Of a stretch of DNA of 64,000 nt, positions 25,076 to 35,460 are shown piece by piece. Origin of the DNA: Octopus sinensis (Eukaryota); contig NC_043000.1 in assembly GCF_006345805.1 (NCBI RefSeq), forward strand, positions 12,524,001-12,588,000. Direction: 5' to 3'. A program made the position numbers and the translations under genes. Position 1 is the stretch's first letter. Every line of letters starts with the position of its first letter. The notes below the pieces were generated by a model, which saw nothing but the letters and a program-made list of their open reading frames with translations, was not told the DNA's origin and searched no databases.

Positions 25076-25879
25076 TGATAATAATAAATCATAATAAACA
25101 CAAGCGAAAAACCAACCAGTGGGGTGAAAGCTTATCAAGACATGCCAAAGCCATGAACAATCAGAGTTGCAATGACAGACTGAAGATAATATAATGTAAA
25201 AAACCCTGCAGACTGTGAGAGTTGATAAAGTTGAACTAAAATTTTAAAATTTATTCTCTCTGTGCAATATGGTACCAAGTGGTCCACAGCCTGGTACTGC
25301 TCTGTGACAGGGTGGTTGGAGAACCTTGATATAGGTCCTTGATGGAAGCACTAGGTATAATTCAGAAATTTAGTGCTACAGATTACTGGCAACCTCGTCT
25401 CACTAGTATTGTGGAGGCACATGGCCTAGTGGTTAGAGCAGTGGACTCGCGGTCGTGGGATCGCGGGTTCGAATCTCAGACCGGGCAATGTGTGTGTTTA
25501 TGAGTGAAACACCTAAGCTCCACGCGGCTCTGGCAGAAGGTAATAGCGAACTTCTGCTGACTCTTCCTCCTGCATCTTGCAGCTCACCTGCGACGGACCA
25601 GCGTCCCATCCAGGCGGAGAACCTATACGCCAAGGAAACCGGGAAACCGGCCCTATGAGCCAGGTGTGGCTCGAGAAGAAACAAACTCACTAGTGATGGT
25701 GGCATGATAAAAAGCACTCAGTATGGACTGTTGGCATTAGAAGGGCATCCAACCATTAGAAGCCATGCCAAAGCAGACAGTGGTGCATAATGCAGTCTTT
25801 GAACCCAATGGATCTTGTGAAACCATCTAACCCATGCCAGCTTGAAACATTGATGTTAAATGATGATGGTAACGATGGT

Positions 25880-26093
25880 GACGAGCTGGCAGAAACGTTA
25901 GCATGCTGGGCGAAATGCTTAGCAGTATTTCGTCTGCCGCTACGTTCTGAGTTCAAATTCCACCGAGGTCGACTTTGCCTTTCATCCTTTCAGGGTCGAT
26001 AAATTAAGTACCAGTTACGCACTGGGGACGATGTAATCGACTTAATCCCTTTGTCTGTCCTTGTTTAGCCCCTTGTGGGTAGTAAAGAAATAG
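25880..26093 (+). mobile_element. SINE family A
   Basis: Full-length copy ending gtagtaaagaaatagg. Confidence 0.82.
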
Positions 26094-26531
26094 GTGATGA
26101 TGGAGGGTGATGGTGGTGGTGATGATGATGATGATGATGATGATTATGATGATGATGATGATGATAATGCTCTGTAGCCCCAGGTCAGCCTATGGCATGT
26201 AGGTGGTTGAGAGCCAACAATGGGTTGTTGTGAGTCACAGGCATATTATATTGTTCCAGATATGCAACGCCTTCTCCCTAGCTGATGACTATGCAGTCAT
26301 TAATTGCAGAGGCAGAAGTACTGCAGTCTAGACATGTCTAGTCTATTTTTGAAGTCCTCCAGATTCTGATGATTTCAACAGCAACAAAGCAATTACGGTG
26401 AACTCAGAATGCAATGGTAGCACTATGCTTCTCCACATTTACCATCGGTAACCAACATCCAATATGGTTCTTGGAGCTAATGGAGCTATTGGTGCTACAG
26501 CTATTTCTGTTTTGTGGTGTTTACATGTTTG

Positions 26532-26918
26532 TCTATATATATAAAGCTGAAGTTGTCTGTGTGTGGCAAGTTTGGTAGCCTTCAATGAACACTATTTCCT
26601 CCGAGACCCTGCGGCGCAAGTTGACCAAAATTGAGAGTATGATAGAAGGTTTGCTCTTCATTCTGTAGAAGATAAAATTCAAATCGGACCATGTTAAAAC
26701 CAAAAATTATTTACATAAAAAAGGTGCTTCTTTTCTATGAAAATCCCTATTTTTTATGATTTTTTTATTGCTGTGTCACCATTTTTCAGTGTATTTCAAC
26801 CAGAAAAATGTTCACTTCAAGAGAATAACAAGCTACATAATGCAAAATTTTTACTTTTCAAAAATTCCAATTCTAAAGGGACGAAACAAACCTGAGCAAC
26901 GCCAGGTGATACTGCTAG
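26532..26918 (+). mobile_element. Non-autonomous Helitron-like element, second family with the same 3' end
   Basis: 5' TCtatatatataaagctgaag; 3' cctgagcaacgccaggtgatactgCTAG. Confidence 0.75.
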
Positions 26919-27029
26919 TGTAGGCTAAAGGGGATAATGAGATAGCGTTTTCAGTACAGTATTGCAAATATTTTATTGTATATAGGTAGGGGTCATTACA
27001 GCAATAATATATATTAGTTACAGGGAAGG

Positions 27030-27240
27030 CGGAGAGCTGGCAGAAATGTTAGCATGCCGGCCAAAATGCTTAGCGGTATTTCAGCTGTCTTTACGTTCCG
27101 AGTTCAAATTCCACCGAGGTCGACTTTGCCTTTCATCCTTTTGGGGTTGATAAATTAAGTACCAGTTGCATACTGGGATCAATCTAATCAACTGCCCCCC
27201 TCCCCAAAAATTTCAGGCCTTGTGCCTAGAGCAGAAAAGA
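27030..27240 (+). mobile_element. SINE family A, short-tail subtype
   Basis: Head and core, ending ccttgtgcctagagcagaaaag. Confidence 0.8.
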
Positions 27241-27274
27241 ATATATATTAGTGACAGTAATATGTACCCCCACT

Positions 27275-27500
27275 TTACTCTACAGCATTTAAACTGACCA
27301 TATCTGGTCAAAATATTCTTCCTGTTTTATGATCAGACTGGCCAGATCCAGCCTCTCACACCTACTTGACAATATTAGCCCCCAAAAATACAGCTGCACA
27401 ATCAAATTCTCAAAGCTACAAGAGAATGCAGGATAAATTCAAAATGATGTGAATAAATAAGTGTTACATTTGACAGAATAATCTGAATGCTAAAGGGTTA
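27275..27500. mobile_element. Degenerate piggyBac-type MITE (partial reverse copy at ~63255-63427)
   Basis: Right end aatgctaaagggtta; left end decayed. Confidence 0.6.
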
Positions 27501-27870
27501 TGGTGTGGCTGTGTGGTAAGAAGCTTGCTTCCCAACCACATTGGTTCCAGGTTCAGTCCCACTGCATGGCACCTTGGGGAAGTGTCTTTTACTATAGTCT
27601 GAGGGCCAACCAAAGCCTTGTGAGTGAATTTGGTAGATGGAAACTGAAAAAAACCTGTCATATATATATTTATGTGTTTGTCACCCAGCCATCACTTGAC
27701 AACCGATGTTGGTGTGTTTATGTCCCCATAACTTAGTGGTTCGGCAAAAGACACCAATAGAATAAGTACTAGGCTTACAAAGAATAAGTTTTTGGGTCTA
27801 TTTGTTCAACTAAAACCCTTTAAGGTGGTGCTCCAGCATGGCCGCAGTCAAATGACTGAAACAAGTAAAA
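27500..27870 (+). mobile_element. SINE family B
   Basis: Full-length copy. Confidence 0.82.
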
Positions 27871-28299
27871 GAATGGATGTTCTGTTAGAACAAATTATAC
27901 TGCACTAGTTACCATGAGAGAACCCCTCATCATCATCATCATTGTTCGACCGTGGAATTTACTATGTTACGCCAGACTTCACGGTCCATCATAGCATTAC
28001 GGAGGTCCTGAACCTCTCATATTGGCTCTTGTCTACATTGCTAATAAGTGCAAGATGAATTCTTGTTTATCTTTATATTAACAACGAGCAAAGGCCCCCC
28101 CATCCAATGGATGGTGCTGAGTTGTCAAACATTTAAACCAAATTTTCTCAAAACAACTTGTTCGACCGTCTCATAGGCCTCCCCTTTGAGAAACACTGAT
28201 TTAACCTAAATTTGAGACACCAGCAAAAGAAGAAAAAAAGATAGACTTTTTTCTATTCCAAAGAAAAACGATTTTATTCACACAAATATGCAACCGAAG

Positions 28300-28760
28300 A
28301 GTTTAAAGTACCGGTAATGATAAGGCTGTTGACTGGGAGAATACAAACATGGTTTAAACAGTAAGCTTGGCAGGAAAGAAACGTGCCGTTAAGCAGTACA
28401 AAAACAACAAAAAATGGAAGGCGCAGTTATGTACAGGTTGACGGAAGAAAAGCAGGACAAAAACAATGCATGCAAATGGATTAGCCGGCTTTTTTTGCGC
28501 AAACTGCATGTACATTTTTCTCGCATACGTGCAGTATCAATCGCAACAGCTGATGTACTCGCACATAAATGCACGTTCCCACAGCTTTATCGATCACACT
28601 CTCACCTGGAATCGATTTTTGTAGTTTTGTCTAGACTTATACATGCCCTGATACCATCAGTATCTACATATCAAATTTGAGCATAATCGGATGGAGGCTG
28701 CCCCTGATCCTAGAAGACACAGACAGACAGACAGACAGAACGGATTTTTTATAAAAGATA
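28300..28760 (-). mobile_element. Helitron/DINE-like non-autonomous element
   Basis: (GACA)n block, atcaaatttgagcataatcggatg motif, CpG-rich relative to flanks. Confidence 0.5.
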
Positions 28761-28918
28761 TAAGAATGCATTTTGTACCAAAAGCCAATGTGAGAGGTTC
28801 TCTCATGGTAACTACTGCGGTATAGTTAGTTCTAACAGAACATCCACGTTTAAGTGGGGATAAATATGCCAATAACATATACATGTGCTGGTTGCTTTCA
28901 TTGTTATTAATCAATTGA

Positions 28919-29087
28919 TTAACCATTTAACCAATCAACTAAACTAATTAATTGCTAGATTAATTATTTGATCAATTAATCAGTCAGGTAGGTTTGTAAA
29001 AATCCTTTTGCTGCTTGACAAACCTACCTGATTGATTGACTAAGTAATTAATTGATCAATTGATTACTTAATTGGCTAAATGGTTAA
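28919..29087. repeat. Imperfect palindrome with a 20-bp inner stem and 20-nt loop
   Basis: aatcagtcaggtaggtttgt / acaaacctacctgattgatt; outer arms ttaaccatttaaccaat / attggctaaatggttaa. Confidence 0.85.
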
Positions 29088-30849
29088 CCTCCTCACAAAT
29101 AATAATGGCTTCAAATTTTGGCACAATGCCAGCAATTTTAGAGGGAAGGAGCCAGTCGGTTACATCCACTTGACTGTATTATTTTTTCCTCAACATCAGT
29201 TCTTGACGGTACATTTTTTCTTAACCTGAAAAGGATAAAAGGTATTGTTGACCTCAATGGAATTTGAAATCAGAATGTAAAGAGCAAAGAGAAACACTGC
29301 TAAGCATTTTTCCTGATGTGCTAACAATTCTGTCAACTCATCACCTTCATTTGGTTAATAATGATAAAAGAAGTGAAATAGAACCAGTGCATGTGTTTAG
29401 TATTGGCATAATGACCCTCCCAAGATACAAAAAAAAGTTTCAACACATAAGTTCACACCAAGAATCTTGCAAACCAAATACAAAAATGAAGTGCTTAGTA
29501 TTGCTCTGGTGTGTTCAAGTGTTGTTGTTGCTGTTGTTGGTGGTGGTGGTAGTGGTGGGTCATTGTATATACAGTGGTAAGGACTGCTTGATTAAAAATT
29601 TTCTGTGGGAACAAATAATGCTCCTCATACATTCAATTGGTTTGTTCAGGAGGCTGAGCTACATAAAAGAGATGACAAAAATCACCAGTGGTAACACTGT
29701 GCAGAAGACCTGTCCAACCCATGCAAGCAAGAAAAGTGGACCCATGACAACAACAAGTATCATGATAATGATGATCATCAGTGAAGGTGTATGGCTCAGT
29801 GGTTAGAATGTCGAGCTTATGATCGTGAGGTTGTGAGTTCGATTCCCAGACCAGGCTGAGTGTTGTATTCTTGAGCAAGACACTTTATTTCACATTGCTC
29901 CAGTTCACTCAGCTGTACAAATGAGTTGCAACATCACTGGTGCCAAGCTGTATCGGCCTTTGCCTTTCTCTGGGATGACATCAGTGGCATAGAGAGGGGA
30001 GGCTGGTATGCATGGGCGACTGCTGGCCTTCCATAAAACAACCTTGCCTGGACTTGTGCCTCGGAGGGTAACTTTCTAGGTGCAATCCCATGGTCATTCA
30101 TGGCTGAAGGGGGTCTCCTCCTCCTCCTCATGACGATCATCATCATGTCGGTGACGATGATGATGGTACTGATGATGGTGACAATGATATGATAATGAAG
30201 GTGATGACAATGATGGTGATGATGACAACAGCGATGACGATGATAATGGTAATGACGATGGTAGTGATCATGGTAATGATAATGATGATGATGGTGATGA
30301 CGACAATATAGATGATATAGACAAGTAGGCTGATTCAGTCGGTTGATTATCTCACCCCACTAACAATGTTTGGCCAGGAGCCTAGTCAAAAGAAATTAAT
30401 ATTCCACAGACAGATAGCAAAGCAGCCAGAGTGGTAGGAAAACACAGTCGTTTCAATTCATTAGTCAGAGAGAAATGTGTTTAAATACAACTCCTCCACC
30501 AGCCACGAGACTCTGTTGTTATATAAAAAACACTGTATTATGTAAAAACATCTGGTTAAATGAAATGAATATTTTTAACTCGTTTCGATGTATTGATGCA
30601 GTTATTAATAGTGTAGTTGCAATTTGGTGGTGCACTGATGTAACTGACTCCTATTAGAAAGGAAATCGATAATGTGTGCAGCCACAATGTATTCAGTCAA
30701 TGAACTCGACCCAAACAGTCAGCATTACCCACCCAATATTCTAAGTACCCTGCGTTTATCAATGGATTTTACCACTGTGTGTGTGTATGTGTGTGTGTGT
30801 GCGTGCATGTGTGTGTAAAAGTAGGGTAAAGTTATCTTTCCCTGTTGAT

Positions 30850-31390
30850 TCATAAGGACAAGTTTCCTGGTTTCATGGTGTATATATGCCCCCACCTGGA
30901 CGGGACACCGGTCCATCGCAGGATTATTCATTTTTGCCAGCTGAGTGGACTGTGGCGGCACATTGCTTAGTGGTTAGAGCAGCGAATTCATGGTCGAGAG
31001 ATCGCAGGTTCGAATCTCAGACCGGGCGATGTGTGTGTTTATGAGCGAAACACCTAAGCTCCACACAGCTCCGGCAGAAGGTAATAGCGAACTTCTGCTG
31101 ACTCTTTCGCCACAACTTACTCTCACTCTTTCTTCCTGCATCTTGCAGCTCACCTGCGACGGACCGGCGTCCTGTCCAGGTGGGGAACCTGTACGCCAAG
31201 GAGACTGGGAAACCGGCCCTTATGAACCAGGCATGGCTTGAGAAGGAACAAAAAGCTGAGTGGACTAGAGCAATGTGAAATGAAGTGTTTTGCTCAAGGA
31301 CACAACACATCGCCTGGTCCAGGAATTGAAACCACAATCGTATGATCACGAGTCCAACACCCTCACCATTAAGCCACGCACCTCCACTCT
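30850..31390 (-). mobile_element. SINE family D (-) split by a nested family C SINE (+) with a 13-bp TSD
   Basis: TSD agctgagtggact at 30939-30951 and 31254-31266. Confidence 0.82.
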
Positions 31391-31764
31391 GTCTGTATCT
31401 GTGTGAATCAGTGGTTCTCAACCATTTTTTATCTATGGACTCCTTTGATTTCAATTTTACTCTACTGGAACCTCATAACCATTTAATATTTTTAAAATTA
31501 TATTCTTCACCATCATCATAATCATTTAATATCTGTTTCCCATGCTGGCATGGGTTGGACGGTTTGACAGGAGCCACACCAGGTTCCATTGTCTGTTTTG
31601 GTATGGTTTTTACAGCTAGATACCCTTCCTAATGCCAACCGCTTTACAGAATGTACTGGGTGCTTTTTATGTGGCACCAGAACCAGTGCTTTTTATGTCA
31701 CATCATCACCTATCCTTTTTATGTGGCACCAGTGCTTTTTAAATATTATTAGGAAGTAAGTGTA

Positions 31765-31980
31765 AGGCAGCAAGCTGGCAGAATCATTAGCATGCCAGGC
31801 AAAATGCTTAGCAGTATTTCGTCTGTCTTTATGTTCTGATTTCAAATTCCGCCGAGGTCAGCTTTGCCTTTCATCCTTTAGGGGTCGATGAATTAAGTAC
31901 CAGTTGCATACTAGGGCCAATCTAATCGACTGGCCCCACCCCCAAATTTACTCCTTGTGCCTGGAGTAAAAAAGAACATT
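31765..31980 (+). mobile_element. SINE family A
   Basis: Head and core; flanked by attattaggaagt duplication. Confidence 0.8.
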
Positions 31981-32039
31981 ATTAGGAAGTGTATATAAAA
32001 ACATTTCAGAATATTTTGTGTATTGTAGAAGTATAATGA

Positions 32040-32165
32040 GTTTATTTACATTATTTACATTCGATGGATATTTGTCCTCATCTTGTTTGTTGTTAACATG
32101 TTTCGGCTGATATACTCTCCAGCCTTCTTTAGGTGTCTTACGGAAATTTTAAACCTGGGTTCTCA
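32040..32165 (-). mobile_element. Penelope-derived repeat with a decayed hammerhead motif
   Basis: Minus strand: ACAC CUAAAGA A GGCUG...CAGCC GAAA CAUGU. Stem II intact, core G5 mutated, stem III/I damaged. Confidence 0.5.
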
Positions 32166-32182
32166 TTCCTAAGGTGTTATTG

Positions 32183-32213
<31 letters not shown>

Positions 32214-32457
32214 CATCATTGTTGTTGTTGTTGCTGTTCAGATCACTGCTTGGAATTGAACTCTTAACCACTATGCCATATGTGCCAAGCAGTGACCTTA
32301 ACAATAACAATAATAATAATAATAATAATAATGATAAGATAATGCCCTGATGCATTACCAGGCAGTGGCTCTCATGGCTTCTGTCAGTATTAAGCTATTG
32401 AAAGGCCAAAAAACTAAAAAGGCTTGGGTTGGAACCATAATAACAACAACAACAATG

Positions 32458-32494
<37 letters not shown>

Positions 32495-32949
32495 CAATAA
32501 ACACGCACACATAAGAGGTTTTCAAACTGTTTCCACCAGTCATATTCATTCACAAGGTGGTGGCTGGTCCAAGGTGCTGTGCAGTGGGACTGAACTCAAA
32601 GCTACATGGTTGCAAAGCTAGGTGCTTAACCACACAGCTAAGCCTGCTAAAATTTGTTCTACTTTTTTGCTTCCATAAGTTTTTGCCAGTGATGGGAATG
32701 AGGGGATCCAAAAGGGGTATCTACAGTTGTAAGATACAATACAATATAATATATGTGGGAGATGGGGCAGATGTCAGTTGACCCAGCTGATATAGAGCAA
32801 GAGAATCAGTTTAGGGTGAGATAATGTTTCCTTCGCTAAACAATGAAGCAGGTACAAAACCCAACCTAATCTTGGAACCTTTGAAAGGGGTAAGGGTAAG
32901 ATAGGTAACAGTGTAGTTGTTTATTTAGTTGTAGACATTGTTGGGCATC

Positions 32950-33360
32950 ATTGAAGTAGTAGTAGTGGTGGTGGTGGTGGTGGTGGCAGGATTAATGGTG
33001 GTGGAGATGGTGATGGTGATGGTAGCAACAGCAGTAGTAGTAGTAATAATGGCAGTGGTGGTGGTGGTGGTAGTAGTAGTAGTAGTAGTTGTAGTGGCGG
33101 AGGTGGTGGTGGTAGCAATGGTGGTGATAGTATTGGTGGTAGTAGTACTAGTAGTGGCAGAGGTGGTGGTAGTAGTAGTAGTAGTGGCGGAGGTGGTGGT
33201 GATAGTATTAGTAGTAGTATGGTGGTAGTAGTACTAGTAGTGGCAGAGGTGGTGGTGGTGGTGGTAGTAGTAGTAGTGGCGGAGGTGGTGGTGGTAGCAG
33301 TAGTAGTAGTAGTGGTAGAGGTGGTGGTGGTAGCAGCAGCAGCAGCAGTAGTAGTAGTTT
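32950..33360. repeat. (GTG/GTA)n compound microsatellite
   Basis: Direct reading of the sequence. Confidence 0.9.
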
Positions 33361-33715
33361 CATAACCTGACTCCAGTCAGAGAGGAATCTATCAAGTTAC
33401 CTTCAAAGCATGGTAACCATCAGCAGATGAATCAAAGGATTGTTTAGCATCAGGTCACCGTTAGCAACAACTATTTTCAAGTGTTGCACCCTTAGTGGAA
33501 GCACAGCAGGTAGAAAGGTAATATGTTCAGTGACTCGATCATGATAGGCAGCAAAACTAAAATTAACGACAATAGCAACAAAGACTCTGAATCAGAGAGT
33601 CTATAGATAGATAATCAAAGGTTCGTTTAACACCAGGTCATCGTTAGCAACAACTATTTTAGTCTTGTGCTACCAATGGGATAGAACAAGAACAAAAAAA
33701 AAAAATAAATGTTCC

Positions 33716-34535
33716 TAAATGATGTAAGAGTGGAGGCGCATGGCTTAGTGGTTAGGGTGTCAGCATCATGGCATCATGATCGTAAGATTGTGGTTTCGAT
33801 CCCTGGACCAGGCGACGCGTTGTGTTCTTGAGCAAAACACTTCATTTCATGTTGCTCCAGTCCACTCAGCTGGCAAAAATGAGTAACGCTGCGATGGACT
33901 GGCGTCCTGTCCAGCTGGGGAACACATACGCCATTGAAACCGGGCCCATGAGCCTGGCTAGGTTTTAAAAGGGTGCATTTATTTATTATTATTAAATGAT
34001 GTGAGAGTGGAGGTGCGTGGCTTAGTGGTTAGGGTGTCAGCATCATAATCGTAAGATTGTGGTTTTGATTCCTGGACCAGGCGACGCGCTGTATTATTGC
34101 ACAAAACACTTCATTTCACATTGCCCCAATCCACTCAGCTGGCAAAAATGAGTAACGCTGCGATGGACTGGCGTCCCGTCCAGCTGGGGAACACATATGC
34201 CATTGAAACCGGGCCCATGAGCCTGGCTAGGCTTTAAAAGGGCGCATTTATTTATTATTATTAAATGATGTGAGAGTGGAGGTGCGTGGCTTAGTGGTTA
34301 GGGTGTCAGCATCATGATCGTAAGATTGTGGTTTCGATCCCTGGACTTGGCGACGCGCTGTATTCTTGCACAAAACACTTCATTTCATGTTGCTCCTGTC
34401 CACTCAGCTGGCAAAAATGAGTAACGCTGCAATGGACTGGGGAACACATACGCCATTGAAACCGGGAAACCGGGCCCATGAGCCTGGCTAAGCTTTAAAA
34501 GGGCGCATTTATTTATGTATCTTAAATGATGTAAG
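33716..34535 (+). repeat. Tandem trimer of SINE family D (~272-bp period)
   Basis: Each unit begins taaatgatgt(a/g)agagtggagg; the array is closed by taaatgatgtaag at ~34523. Confidence 0.88.
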
Positions 34536-35119
34536 CATCAGCAATAACAACAACAACACACACACACAGAGGCACATGCATGTGCACAACTACCTCAGAT
34601 GCCATTTGCAAGGGGATGCAAGAATCACAAAATGGATTCTTTGAGCTGAGCCAATCGGCAAGAGACCTAGAGGGAAACCAAGAATGAGATGGCTGGATAA
34701 TAATATCCATAGTTTTAGCTGGTCATGTTTGGAAATCCAGCCACAAAGTGTAATGATGTATGCTTCTGAAAGGATCTTGATGACGAGGTGCCTGAGGACT
34801 TTGCCCCAATAATCCTCCTAGGATTAATGATCAGTGAGGACAATGGACGGATGGTTTTATGGCAGTGGCCATAATGGGATTGTTGCATTTGACAGATTAG
34901 TGTCTTACCTAGAGGAAAATATCTTTCTTTGGTTGTGTAGTAAGAATTTGCTTCTCAACTACATAGTTCCAGGTTCAGCCCCACTGATGGCACTTTGTGC
35001 AAACATCTTCTATAGTCTTGCTCCAACCGAAGCCTTGTAAGTGGATTTGGTAATGGAAAGTGAAAGGAACCTGTTGTATACACACACACACAAATATATA
35101 TCTATATATATATATATAA

Positions 35120-35460
35120 TCAAAATAAGCAACAATAATATCTTCGGTAATTTGGTACGATCGTTTCACGCTACATCATTTTATTAAATATTGTAAATAT
35201 TACAACAGTTTTAAAATGTTGAGCAATCATCAGCCATTTATAGAGGTTTTCCATTAATACATAATTTTCATATTAATTGATAACATTATAGAGAAGGTAG
35301 ATATATAGACAAAGATGTCGATTTGAATTTTAAGAACATTAAGGTAGTAGAGTTTATCTTATGACTGAAGAATATTCTTTAAGTTATTTTGAACTGCTAG
35401 AAGGTTGTGAAGTACATTCAGTTGAAAGGAAACAAAAGAGATTTTCTATTCATAGAAATA
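35120..35460 (-). mobile_element. Solo Penelope-like terminal-repeat segment (hammerhead-bearing) inserted in the (TA)n linker of a SINE
   Basis: Flanked by (TA)n on both sides. SINE head at 34925-35095 and its tail at 35520-35740 are separated by this segment. Confidence 0.6.
35152..35237 (-). ncRNA. Type I hammerhead ribozyme motif with intact catalytic core
   Basis: Minus strand: UGG CUGAUGA UUGCU...AGCGU GAAA C GAUC G UA CCA. 3-bp stem I, palindromic stem III (ACGAUCGU), GUA cleavage triplet at plus 35156-35158. Confidence 0.78.

Noticed and set aside
26364-26415. CUGAUGA followed by gtgaactcag
   Set aside because: No GAAA and no stem II pairing; lies in a probable LINE remnant.
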